DNA from: Antedon mediterranea | Taxonomy: Eukaryota; Animalia; Echinodermata | NCBI RefSeq assembly: GCF_964355755.1 | Contig: NC_092677.1 | Span: 26,275,175-26,339,174 of the forward strand | Length of the DNA stretch: 64,000 nucleotides | Direction of reading: 5' to 3' | Part shown: one piece after another, positions 25,301 to 38,885 of the stretch | Position numbering within the stretch: the stretch's first letter is position 1 | How the letters are laid out: each line of letters opens with the position of its first letter | Notes under the pieces: generated by a model | What the model saw: the letters and a program-made list of their open reading frames with translations, nothing else | The model's database searches: none | Told to the model about the DNA's origin: nothing | Made by a program: the position numbers and the translations under genes

Positions 25301-28300
25301 AATATTTTATGAGCCATATCAAAAATAAAAGACCATAAATATTTGTTTTAAACTTTAATGTGAACAGTGAATGTACCTGAAGCTGAGCAGAATTGGCCGG
25401 CTTTATCCCGATAAGGGTTCAGCAAATTATCTGTATAAGTTCGACAGCATGCACTTTGACCTATGTTAGGCGTTATCCAGTCCAGGTAGTCGTCGATCCA
25501 AGAGGCTGCTGGGTAGGCTATTGTTGTCCTATAGATTAAAATATATTGATCACTATTTAAATTGTAGGCCTACGTGAGGGAAAAAACGATGATGTGAAGA
25601 CAACAACATGATTTCCCATATTTTACAGTTTGAAATAACGAGACGCCAAACGAATTCAATGCTTAGCGTTACCATGTTACGACAACGCTCCCGCTGGCGT
25701 AGTTGGGTGTGATGAGAAGCTATCACAGCTTCGATTGCTTTGTAGACATGCGCAGTAGTATGATTCAGTAAGTCATAGCGCAAGTTCAAAAGTCACAATC
25801 AATCAGTAATATTACAATTTGGTGCTTAAAATAAAGATCGAGAACTCTGGGTAAATCAAAGTTCACCTGGTTATGTAATTGTTTTACCTCAATGTAACGT
25901 ACGAGTAGACTTATTTGAGTAGCTTATCGCAGGTAAACAATCATTCCCGATAGTATTATGTTGTCCTAAGGTAGTTACACAACACAGGAATAGTTTAACT
26001 CTATTATATAAACGTAAGACTAATTCATCTGAATTCAGTGTTTAAATAGGTAGGAAGGATTCTTTACAAGTTTCGTTATTTAATTTTTATTCTACAATTT
26101 TACTCAATAAAACTTCTGTACTACGACATTTTAAGTCGCCATTCAATGTTATTCATAAATTCATAACAACTAATCATAATTCCTTTTCCACTCCATTTAC
26201 TTATCAAAAGAAACAAACCCATGTTACCAAAAATTGTCGACAATTTGAGGTGTGTCGCCGTACGCAACAATTCTTATAGTATTGGTGCGTTAAAACACAA
26301 AAAGAGAATTATCGATCGAGCATGCGCACTAGGTACAAAGATTGATAGTTTACAGCGATTTCCGAATATCGTTGGAATATCAAATACTGAATTGATAAAA
26401 AACACTTACTGTTCCTTGATTATGGAAGCAAAGTATATCTGTTGAGTGAGGGAGTCTTCTGCACAACCAAAGCCTCCGCAGACTTGATTTTGACCATCGA
26501 TGGATGTGAAGTTGTAGCCAGAGGTGGTGACAAAGTAAACTGGAGGACCAACGCTTAAATACTTAGCAAGACCGTCAAAGTAATCTAAGACATACGAATC
26601 CTATAAAAAAAAGAAATATCATAGATTGTTTGTTTGTTTTCTTTTTTTTAATTTCCAGTATCATTCTGTATTCATTAGTAAAAAGGTTCATCTGGATCAC
26701 TGTATAGTATTTTAAGTAAATTTTCTTTTGGATGATCCAAATTAATTGGATCATCCAAAAGAAAATTTACTTAAAAATTCTGTATTCACTTATGGAGGAC
26801 CATTGTCTATGATAGGCGTCACATGTCATATACATGTGAGACCATATCACAGAATTGATATGACAATTGCAGAACATTGCTATGATATTGTATACGCACT
26901 AGGGGGCCTATATATACAGTTAGATAAAATGAGTTGAGACTGTCAGTCGCATGAAGTGACTTACCTTAGGCATTGCTATATCTTGCTCTAGCCCTACTGG
27001 AAGTTTTGCCATAAACACCAAACAGACGCATGTGAACGTTAGAAAGAACAGGATCTGTCAAAATAAAATCATTTTTTAAAAATTACTTATTATTATTATT
27101 GCAACATGTTAACTACTTGTAACGTTAAAATCGGTATCTCTACCTTATGATAACATTGGGAAATACTTCTGTTCTTTTTTTGGGGGGGGGGGGGGAACCC
27201 CCGTAAATTAATGTACTTACAATAAATGGTCGAACCCATTTTTTAACAATGAACGGAGCGTAATGAGATGCCATGAACTGCTGTACGAAGCCAAGATCAG
27301 TTTTGGGTTTTTCGTTGTTTTTATCTCGCACAAAACAGCAAATATCATACCGATTACTCTATAAAATAAAACAAAAATTAACAATTTGATATATATGATT
27401 ATTACAAGTGTATATGTGATAATTTATTCATGTTTTGTAAACATTAATGTTGTAATCTTACTTCTTGTCGTTTGCAATCTAATGTGAGTAGAGCAACAAA
27501 CGCCGTAACCTGTAGAACGAAGTCTATGAGAACAGCTAGGCCAGCATACAAAGCGAATGTCCTTACTGCTGGCATTTCAGTCAATGCTCCTATTGAAAAG
27601 AAAAACAAAGATTGTTAAAACAATCTGTTGTACCAGTTCACTGAAAATAAAAAGTTTTCTTCGCATGTAGCACAATACATGCTACACGTAGCACAGTTAT
27701 CAAAGCAAGCCATACTAAATAGCACATTATTACCTTTAGTTGGTCCATCCTTCCTATACGTCTGCAACCGATAGAAGTACAAGTAAAAGCACCATTCACT
27801 TACCAAGAAAGAATGCGATCGATTCAGATAGACCACACATTAGCATACTGGGTCCAACCTCTCCAAGAATTCTTCCGATGTGTTCTTCTAGAGTTTCTTT
27901 CTCGCCTCGCTTACTCCTCTGTAAAATAAAGTTCATATATTGACAGTCAATCTAGTCTATAGTATGGCATAGAACAGAACACACGCTTTGTCAAGACGTA
28001 GAGTATTAAAAAGTAGATGCGTTTGCCTCCGACCATTTTTGGTTGCTATCGACGAAGGTTTAGCCAAACCAAATATTACAAACGTTTAAACATATCAATG
28101 CAATTAAGTCGAAAAAATTTTGCTAATTACCTGGAAATCTAGAACCAAAATGAACATGTTGTCAGCTCCAATGGCGAGAATTAAAAATGGTATCACTTCA
28201 ATTATAATCAAGGTTGTCGGCACTCCAAAATAGCCATACACACCAGTAGACGCAAACACGCACATTAGGACCATCAGCACCCCACCTAATCCGAGCGTAA

Positions 28301-30081
28301 TCTTGGAATCAATCTGTAAGACAAGTAAGAAAATAAGTATACTTATATAATTAAGTCCTAGCTAAAAGTACAGTGGTATAAATAAGTATTGTTATAAGTA
28401 CCAACGTATAATGGATCTTTGGTAAGTAATGTAATAGCATAGGCCTACTGTATCAAGGCAATCTAACAAAAGGCATTAGGCTCGCCTTTCCAAGATAGGA
28501 ACTCGAAACAGTCATTTGATCTTTTGTCTGGCCGGCTGCGACAAATACCAACGTATTCTCACATGCCGCGTGGTGTCTGTTATAAGGGGCATGGAACTGA
28601 TCTGTCGCAGCCACAGATAAACCCTTTGATCTTCGGAGCCCCCTGTTGTTAGATTTCCTTGCTGTAATTAACTATAAGTAAAATAATAAGACTTAAGTAT
28701 GTAACTAAGTCAATACTTACAAGAATACGATCGCATCGACTAAATTCACCAAGTGCCAAAGCAATATAGGCGAAAATAACAATATAACTAACGGCTATCG
28801 TGATGACATCTGATTGGCTGGATCGAACAATTTCATCTTCAATCGAACGCTATCAAAAAATGATATAGTAATATAGGTTAATTTAAGAAGCAAAATTAAA
28901 GATTTATATACTGTATATTATTAGAAAAGGTCTAAGGCTCTGTCTACACTATCAAACTTTGACAAAAAAATGTGATATGCCCATATATGGACACGATGAC
29001 ATCATATCACTACCATATTTACGCATATCACTACCGTATTTGGGCACATAATAATTATTTAGTCAAACTAGTTTGATAGTGTAGACAGAGATTAAGACAA
29101 GATAACGAACATAGTAAAGTCTGTTTTGAAAGCATTTATTATGAAATGTATAGCGTGTATTTTTTCTAGAAATTAGCCTAATGTTTTAGCTAAAGTTTTA
29201 CTTACCTCAGCATAGTACGCAATTGTCAGGTTATCATTGTGATAGCTTTGTATATATTCTAAATAAGCCTTTTCCCAAGCCAGCGACATTTGGTAGATTT
29301 CATCGTTATCCTTTTTGTTCAATACAACAAAAGTTATACTGTGCGCCTGCGCAGTGTTGTATTCTTCTGTCCCATTGGTAACTATGTAAAATAAAAATGG
29401 CATTGTTGATATGAGAAGAAGAATTAAGACATTATGTTAATGTTTAGAAAATATCAAGTTTAGCAACAGTTTTAATTATTCCATTCCAGTTAGTATAGGA
29501 AAATTCAATGATTTTTGCGATTTCTGTTACTGCACAAAGAAGTATGAACCTTCACCATTCTGGAAATACTCATACTTTACTCGACAAAATATCGATTAAT
29601 ACTTGAGACACGGATACAGGACATTTTTTCTGAACGTATTTCTAATTTACGCAGTCATCACTGATAAAAAAAGGTCAAGTTAAAGGTCAAATGAACGCCT
29701 CATATTCAATACTTCAAATATGAATCTGGACAAAGTTTCTGCACGTATTTCTGGTTCTAAAATATTTGTATATTGCGGAAACTGTATCAAAAGGGACAAA
29801 GTTCGTTATTTAGTTTCACAATGATATCAAACTCACTATTGAATCCCCCAACAATGACGTAGGGTAGCGACGGTCCTCCAAAGTCACTTATACATGGTAA
29901 CGAAAGTGGCGTAGTGTCCACTGTTGAAAGTGGTGCTCTAAAAAAACGTAACAATATATATCAGAAAAGTATTGTCATAATAATGACAAAAGAGGAAGAA
30001 CATTCAATATTATAATTAATGGGTTTTGAAGAATGAATACAGATGATAATAATACTGATGATAATAATAATAATGATGATA

Positions 30082-30131
<50 letters not shown>

Positions 30132-32633
30132 AATTGAATAGATTTACATATTTTGTATTGTGTTCATATTGATTTTGAAGTCTCTATTTTGAAAACTTTC
30201 TGAAGAAAAGATGAATGTGTATAGGTACCTCATGCAGTACAAAAAGTGATCGCGATAGTCCGCCAATCTTCCGTTTGTTCCAATGTCCTCATAGTTTAAT
30301 GTCTCCAGGTCGTTTTGGTAATATTGTAAGGCGCTGGTTACTGTACATTTATCATTGACAGGTTTGAAGCATACGTCACTTAGGCTGATATTCTTCTTAA
30401 CGCCTTTGTATTCAAATGGTACTTGCATGTTAGTAACGTGCAGTTGCAGTTCCAAAATCTAAAAAGGCAAAATTATAACTTTATAACTTGAAAGATATAT
30501 TTTCCACCTGAAAAAACATTTTATTTTTACATTGTTTGTTGAATATTGTCACGTAATAGATATATATTCGCTTTGACCATAAATTGTATCGAAAAAAAAA
30601 AATTATTTACCTGAAAAAAACTGTAATTTAAAGCAAAAAATAGACAATACATCTTTGAGACTTAACGTCCCATCCAAAGAAGAATATGGTACACAAGTAA
30701 TTGGCACCCACTGAGAGAAAATAGTACGTAAGATTATCTTACCTGTTCTAAAATATCTTTATCCATTACAGGTCCAAATTCGACAGGGCCTTCACTCCAA
30801 CTTTCATAAATCGTAGAGGTTCTGTTTGGCGCAGTGATAATCAACTGCGCAGTCCTATAAAATGGCATAAACGCGTCATCATAGTAGTCCTTCTCCCAAC
30901 GCGATTCACTATCAGGCGCAGACCATAGTTCTACTGGATCCGTTGTAATCACCAATTGTAAATTACCGCAAGAACAAGCTACAATGAAGACAATTGATAG
31001 GAGAATTACAATGTACGGGTGTTTTGCACACCATACACCGAGAGATGTAAACATCTTCTGCAAATAGTCATCAAATATTTTACCACCTTTCTCAAATGTT
31101 CCAATGTCTTCTTGTGTTAATAGCGGTGTTATTTTTTCTGGTGGTGGTACTTTGTACTCAATTTCAGCATCAATTTTAGAGTTTTTTTCCTTAAGTTTGC
31201 TGCGCTCGTGCACAATAAAAAACGCGATAAACATGGATGAAAGACATACGAATACCATTATTATTGTAAAAGTGAATCCAGATATTTCACCCACCTCCCA
31301 TGGTTCTGGAGTCGGTGCTATTGTAGGGTTTCCACTGGAACAAACGAGTGGACAGTCCTGGCAACTGCAGGCTGTTGACGAATTACCAACTGATTCTGTA
31401 CAGGCATAAGTGTACTCGTTTAATGGTTCAATACCTTTGTTAATTTCATCCTCGCTAGCGTCCCCTATTACGTACGTGATTTGGAATGGGGCATATCCAT
31501 TGTCAATAGTACCAAGAAAGCCCAACCAGATTTCAGGCGTACATTGATCAGCTGGCACACCGTCGCACATCAAATCAATCACTTTGATATTGGCGCTCGG
31601 AAACTGAACGTTCTTGCACGAATCAAAAACACCGTCTGCGTAGTCACGTGTCATGAAGTAGTTCATTTCAGCAACTGTACGCGTAGGATGTCCAGCTACG
31701 TCATACGAACGAGTTACGTTCATATAAACAGCCTGGTTCGGGTTACACGTCATTTCACAGTACATATTGACAAAGTTTTCTACACATGCGGGACATCTTT
31801 GCATCGCTTGCTGGATAAATCGAAGACTGACCAGCAACGTCTGAAGCTGATCTGTGGAACAGCACGTCTTTATTGGTCTGGCGGACGCGTATTGTGGACA
31901 TAACTCTTGTAATAGTACTATACCAGTTGGGTCTCGTAACTCTTGTGATGGTCCGTTGTAATCGCAATTTGACCTTAATCCTGTTTCAGGATTAATGCCA
32001 CATTCACCGTACATTATACATGTGTCTGGTTCATGTACTTCACTTGAATATACCTGAAGAAAAAAATGACATAAAGTACCCCTATGTCTATTTTAAGATT
32101 TAGTCGAGCTTTTAAGCCCTGTCTACACTATCAAACCTCAAGTGACAACAAATGTGATAGCCCATATATGGACATGATGATGTCATATCACTACCATCTC
32201 AATCCACACACATAACAATATTTTCTTGATTATATAACTACTTCTTCAGAACAATCGTATGAACAAACCAAATCATGTATAGGAAATATTCAATACAGAC
32301 TTAGAGAAAATAAACCAAGTAATCAAAGGGCGCTTAGTGTCTTCACGTGATATGCTATAACACATAATGTATATAATTTCAAAAGATTATTATTATTATT
32401 ATTATTTATTCAGGCAAAAGATACATTTTACAAAATATAATACAAATCAACAAATTAAACAAACACAACGCAAAAGAAAATATAAAATCAAAGTCACTAG
32501 CTGCCAGGAGGAACGCACAAAAGCAGCCTAAGCCACTGTCACCAATTAGGTGTGTACCTCCAAAAGATCTTACCTTATTCGGACAAAGTAGGAGTATAGA
32601 AAACCACAACGCTAGTTGAATTCTATTACCCAT
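22346..32633 (-). CDS. NPC1L1: Niemann-Pick C1-like 1 type cholesterol transporter (NTD, sterol-sensing domain, Patched/RND fold), 1362 aa, 20 coding exons
   Basis: Exons: 32633-32574, 32053-30743, 30458-30229, 29937-29837, 29381-29206, 28849-28721, 28313-28131, 27918-27804, 27589-27462, 27358-27221, 27054-26965, 26600-26410, 25528-25377, 25199-25067, 24950-24886, 24594-24444, 24111-23880, 23540-23427, 23265-23103, 22572-22346. All GT-AG, frame continuous, 4089 nt. Signal peptide, Cys-rich NTD ([23 protein letters not shown]), [14 protein letters not shown] ([26 protein letters not shown]), [12 protein letters not shown] and [10 protein letters not shown]. Confidence 0.93.
22750..22900. mobile_element. 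Harbinger-type MITE, family C, copy 1
   Basis: Imperfect TIRs agcctgttttcacactagg / ttagtggaaacggcct. Shares ttcgcg(c/g)gaatcgaaagc and aaccaatcaga(a/g)ctcagaaatg with 40553-40912. Confidence 0.6.
28936..29092. mobile_element. MITE family A, copy 5
   Basis: GGCTCTGTCTACACTATCAAACT...AGTTTGATAGTGTAGACAGAGAT with TAA/TAA flanks. Confidence 0.85.
30044..30133. repeat. (GAT)n/(AAT)n microsatellite in an NPC1L1 intron
   Basis: Long run of gatgatgat with interspersed aat. Confidence 0.95.
32115..32197. mobile_element. MITE family A, truncated copy 6
   Basis: agccctgtctacactatcaaac...ggacatgatgatgtcatatcactacc; right half absent. Confidence 0.7.
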
Positions 32634-34739
32634 TGCCACCACTCTTCCTCTAACTATTATTCTCCAAAGTAAAAGGTTACTATTACAACTATACCATATA
32701 CTATTGATTTTAAAGTGCAATATTGAGGTATATCAAATATGACTGTACTCGTTCTGACTGTTCTGTATGATAATATGAATATATTTATATAATGATATAA
32801 TGTGCGCAATCATTAGTGTAATCTAGCTGAAGCCTTAATGATGACACGATGGTATAGTATGACGAAAGAGTGACCAATCCGACGCTACCATTAGTAAATT
32901 ATTAACTAAACTTGGGTGGATCATTTCTTACAAAACAAATAAACTTGATATTATAATTATTAGGCGTTCCATAGAACGTTATTATCGAAAGCTAATAACT
33001 CGGTAATAGGTCTATATTAATTAAAATGATAATGTTGATTTATATCACACACAAATCAAATTACCGTACAGTAACAATTACAGAATTCGAATTAAGACAA
33101 TCGTGGATGGTGGTCAAAATAAAAATATTGGGCAGAAGTTAAAAATGAAGAAGAGGTAGTTTGGTTAAGATCAATAACCTCAAATTACACATACAAATTA
33201 TATATACTATACGGAGTACTAAAGTCTTATTGTCTAATGTACTGAATAGTACTGATAAAACAAATCAGAACAGATCTGAACCCGAAAATCATAACCGAGA
33301 GAGCCAAACTAACTAATATTAGTAACCATGAAATTGAAGGGTGTTTGGTTTAAGTGCTCGGAGAATATGTCGTATCTTCTGCAAGTTTGAGAGTTTTCTT
33401 GCTGAATCATAATCATTTTTTATATTTATATCTATTGATACTAATTCTATAAATCTATATACTTATTCTGTTTAACTTATATTTTTGTTTTCTTTGCAAT
33501 GACTATGGATGTGAATTTTCGAATTAAAAGATGAAGTCAATGTGTTTTTGTATTACTATTTTGGCTAATAACGCAGGTTGCAAAATTATATATTTGAATT
33601 AGAAAATGTTGTCATTGTTCTATATAGTACATTTTCCTCTCTTATATTTCAACAATGTGAGCCGATGAAACGTCATCATCAACCTACCCCGTCCAAAGCA
33701 CCTGGGTCCTATCTCTCCTTTCCATAATTTACATAACGTGTAGCCTACAGTACATCGTTAAAACTTCGACACATTTTATAGCAATAAATGAAGCCATATC
33801 AATCAATTATTGATAACACGACAAAGGGAATTCATTGCTAATAACCTTAAATATGTTTACATTGAAGGCTGAAAAAGTTTCAGATAACGAAGTGGTATTT
33901 CTCTTTACATACGACTAAACTTAACAGCAGTTGACATTATGCAAGCTTTTAATGATTTAGATAAAATATATCTACATGTAATTACTTTGATATGGATTTT
34001 AATTGTTTTTAATTAAACTGACCAGCGACGAACAAGTGATTTCATTGGACAAGATAAATCGAACCACAACAGCGCGATCAAAACTCCGTAACTTTGGCTT
34101 ACATCTGCGCATGCGTACAAATAATTTTGAACATAGCAAATAGTTAAATCACAACGCTGATTGGTCCGAAGCATGCATTTTGTTTTCTTTTTTATTACGG
34201 AAATTAGACTACAAGCCATTATTTCTTATGTACAATCTAAAAAATAACTTATGTTTTGTATAATTATATTTCTATTAACATAATTTTTGCATACAGATTC
34301 TTCTTTTTTTTTGGGTCAATTATTGTACTTTTTGTGAAAACGTAAATCCTAGCCTGATTTGAAAACCATCTCCCTGATCCAGGACGCATGGTATTGAACG
34401 CTGCATTGTATTGAACGCTGCCTTGAAAGGCATCCCATAGTTCTGACTGTAAACTGCCCTCAACAATAATTTGTCAGTCAGACCAAAATTCAACTATACA
34501 CCATTATAGCACATAACAACGATGTTAGTCATTTGTATTTGTATAAGGCATGATAAGATATTTTTAGTGCTGAAGTGTTTCAATCACCAGGCAACAATTC
34601 TATAGAGGACGCTATGAACAAAAACTATAACCGTAGAGAAACGAAACAGTTTTCTAGGCCCATGTTTCATTGTTGCATGTTGGGTGCATTTACTATTATC
34701 TATAACCTCTAATACTCGTACCATAAATATGCATTCTCT

Positions 34740-35482
34740 TTATGCGGTAGTTATATCTTTAGTAATACACATTCCACGTGGTTTATCAATATTATCACAG
34801 GTCTCAATAGCACATTTCTCACCCTTCAGATTATTAGATATCTCACCATATTTCTTCCCATTTGCATAATACATCATTATAGCATGTTTAAAGTCGTCCT
34901 TCAATCTTGGTTTATCATCCACGACACTTATGAATATATTGTCTGCAGAATCAACAACCACACCTCTTACAAGATATTGAACTGGCACTGATCTTAGAAA
35001 GGTACCGGAACCATCAAATATTTGTAACCGACCAGTGAGATAAACAACGTGACAGTTACTCCACTTCTATCATCTACTTCTTGACCGTTACGATCTTTCA
35101 GTTTCAACGTAACGATTGCACGTCTGTTGTATTTCTGGAAATTGATGTCTTTAATCTTTGATTTGGTGGCAATTCCAGAAGAGTCCACATACCTGCTAGA
35201 CGAATTTTGAACTCTTCCCGGTGATTCCACACTTCTTCTTCCAGATAAATCCACGGCTTCTAACAACGCCATTCTTGTGTAATCATTTGGAAGCTGATCG
35301 ACATTAATCCTACCGTATTCACGTCTGCATTCCGGACAGGTAAGAACACCATCACGCGTTCGTTGCCACTGGTTTAGGCAGTCCTCGCAGAATGTGTGTT
35401 GGCATGGAAGAACTTTCGGTCTTACAAATGGCCCGTTGTGAACTGAACATTCGGTTAGAGGTTGAATGCTACTCAAATCCAT
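34740..35482 (-). pseudogene. Internally deleted RING-filamin-NHL paralog (intact RING ORF of 162 aa; terminal NHL blades out of frame)
   Basis: 35482-34994 encodes CSVH...CQHTFCEDC...CPEC plus half of the filamin repeat. At about 35033-35055 it joins directly to RLQIFDGSGTFLRSVPVQYLVRGVVVDSADNIF...PRGMCITK in another frame. Roughly 680 bp are missing relative to the 44373 copy. Confidence 0.85.
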
Positions 35483-38378
35483 GTTAGCCTAAGTGGACAA
35501 AATAACAGAACAGGAGCTTTATATTTTTAAACTAAGATTGATGTTGCCAGTACCATAAGATAAAAAAAAAATCTAAAAAGCGAAAATGATTGTGTATAAA
35601 ATTAATCAAATTGATCCGCATATTTATATCATGTCACACACATTACGTAAGCACGATACGTACTAACAGTAAGCTTTCGCATCAGAATGACGAAAGGAGG
35701 GGGTTTTACAATGACGGTTGTCTTCCGTCCTGCTGATAAATGCGTTTCAATTTCGAAACACAAGTGACGGCGGTCAGCAGTAAATGCACGGTAATAAACA
35801 TACGATAACATCTATAGGCCTAAAACAAGTTTTAGTTAATTTTTACTAACAACTAAAAATTCAAAACTAGACCTACAACGTATCAATCGTTTCATAATGA
35901 TCGGCCATTTTATTTTGGACAAGTTCAAAATTACTTGTATTTGTAATTATTCAAAATATAGTAACAATAGTATTTTAATCAACTAATCTAATGATAGTGA
36001 AAACATTTAACACATTTTTATACAGGTTTACAATAAATGGACTACATATTAATACAATCTAATGAAATATAAATACCTACCTTTTATGTTGCTCTTAAAA
36101 CGTTCGTAGCAACTCAGCTGAAGCGAAATTGTTTCTGATTATAAATGATTTATCTGATTGTTGATCTTATGTATAATTTTGATGCAAAGTCCAAATAATA
36201 AAAAATTGTAAATACACTGGAGTTTAGTTTTACACATGAATAATAATTATCAAATTATTATCAAAGAATTATATCAAGATTAGACGGAATAATCCATTAA
36301 AGAGTTTGGCAAACTCACGAGAGCGCACGTGACCCGTGTCACAACAGGTATACGGATACGTTTGCATTTATAGTTTTATTTTATCGGGTCAAAATGATTT
36401 GTTAAAGGGCTAAAGGTAGGAGGTAGGCCTAAGCCTAGCCCTAGCCAACACTTTTTACTTATTTGTCGTTTTCTTTCGAATATTTTGTATACTAAAACCT
36501 CTGAATTTTCTTGAATAATTTATGTTTAAGTTTTGTTTTAAAATGCAATCTGTGCCACGTTTATTATCAACTGAATTTTCAACGAATAAATCTTAAAAGT
36601 GTGAAATACATCCGCACGTCGAAACTCATTGGAAATCGGTATTACGTACGGTATTGATGTCAAGCTACACAGAATGTGTGACGTAGTACATTAATTTTAC
36701 TCATACGTATACGGAGGTTGTCCAAACTATCATTGCTTATCATTTTTACGTTATTTATTGCTTACATGGAATAGTTAATTATTGTTTACTTCATACTAAT
36801 TACATGAAACATAGTTTATTGGGATGCCAGAACATCACTATGCAAATTGAAATTGACGAAATATACTATTGTGTGTAGTTGTATGTAAATAGTCTATTTA
36901 CAACTACACACAACAGTACATTACGTGAATAACATAGTGATTACATGAAATACGTTAATAATAATAACCTGAAAATGTTCATTATTGGTACTTTTAGTTA
37001 TTACATACCAGATATTTACAGTAAAGTATTTGATAGTACAGATGTTACAGGTTATCTCCAATCTTCTTCTTGTATCATGTCTGGTTACATAAGTTATTGA
37101 CCATTGTTCTCCAGAGTTCTTGGCATCAACTGGCAAAACCACATGAATTTCAGACTTCTACCAACCCCACCAACAGAAAATTATTTGTAACCTTGCTCAC
37201 ATCAATTTTACCGTACTTATTTTTTGCCCTAAAAATGAATAAACATGATAAAAAATATTTACAAATTAAATTAATTATTTAATTAACTACACAAAATATT
37301 GAAAAGGTATTGACTGAGCAATTGGTTTTACGAATAAGGCTACTATCTGCATTGCGGAATGCGGACACTGTACCTATAGATACACGGTTTGAAAGACAGA
37401 CCACCATTCAACGCCCTCATTTGCACATCCCGAAACAATATTGTTTGTATAAATAATGATAATACGAGATATTGTGTATGTGAAGTGTTCTAACAGACGA
37501 CAATCTTATAATTTCACATTTTATTTACCGTAGAGAACGCTCATTTTAATCTACAGCCTATCTTTACCCCTAGACATACATACATAGATTCTCGCAATGC
37601 TATAGAATTGGGAGGGTAGTCTTATAAGTTTTAAGAAAATAATAGGGCATTGGCCTTTTTAGTTGTGACATATAATTTTGACGACAGAAACAGGGTGAAG
37701 GCTTTTGCAGAACAACTAAAATAGACATACCTGTCGAGCCAAACAGTGGACCCAAAATGGATTCATCATCGTCATTTGTCGTAGATCTATATATTCGGTA
37801 AATACACACCACAGCCAAGTCGTCATCAAGGAATACATTGTTTAGAAACAAATTGCACAATTTAATAGAGATTATTCCGTAATTCTTAAGCTTGATTTAA
37901 TGATTTTAAATACTTTACAAAGTCCAATATCCAATATTGTAGAATAATAAAATCAATATAATTAACTAATTAATTAATATTTTTTCAAACGATGTCATTT
38001 TTTTTTGTAATTCTAAGCATAATAGTAAATAACGAACAGCCATCAAGCTGTTTTTCTTAAGCTAGAAAAAATATTTATACACTGCAAATATGCTAAATTA
38101 GTATTAATAATAATATTGCTATTAGCCAACCAAGTATAGAATAATTTACCATTAAACAAATGGTTACAATTAAAGTTATGCATTATTTACTATCTAATTA
38201 TTTTTCTTTGGTTATTTTTACTATTCACCAGTTCTATTACTATTAAGTGACATTTATTAATTTCATTTTATTGTATGTGTTTAAATTATTATTATGTTAT
38301 ATTCATTAAATAACTATCTAGCGTCTGTTAAATAATTACTTTGTATTACATTACGAGGCCAACTCCAGACTAGCGAAA

Positions 38379-38790
38379 GCCTTTTATTTTGTCTTTCTGT
38401 CAAATAAACTGAGCAATGTAATTACTATTATTATTTTACATTTTTTTTAAATAAAGAGATGTGTAAAATTATCGTTTCCATAAATTTAAGCAACATGGTA
38501 AATAATGAACAGCCAGCAAATATCTTTTAATGAAGCTAGAAAACCTCCTGAACAAAGTTGTTATTTTTTAAATTAACTAAAGCTTTTTATTTGGTCTTTT
38601 TGTCAAATAAATTGAGCAATGTATTTACTATTATTATTTTACATTTTTTGAAAATAAAGAGATATGTAAAATTATTGTTTTTTTAAATCATTTTTTCCAT
38701 AAATTTAAGCAACATGGTAAATAATGAACAGCCAGCATGTATGTTTTAATGAAATTAGAAAAACTCCTAAACAATGTTATTTTTTAAAAA
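38379..38790. repeat. Tandem duplication of about 200 bp
   Basis: gcttttatt...tgtcaaataaa(c/t)tgagcaatgta...tttccataaatttaagcaacatggtaaataatgaacagccagca is present twice. Confidence 0.8.
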
Positions 38791-38885
38791 CATTATTATC
38801 TGAAAAGATAGGCCTAATATGCCAAATTATTATTAACTAGAAATAGCTTTATTTTGTCTTTCAATTTTGTTTCACTTTCTTTCTT

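Noticed and set aside
31104-31903. Plus-strand ORFs overlapping NPC1L1 exon 2 (and similar ones over PAR6 and the NHL genes)
   Set aside because: Antisense shadows of real coding exons.
36300-37860. Possible exons or transposon between the RING copy and the SAM-NHL gene (donor-like site near 37730)
   Set aside because: No consistent reading frame or termini could be assembled.
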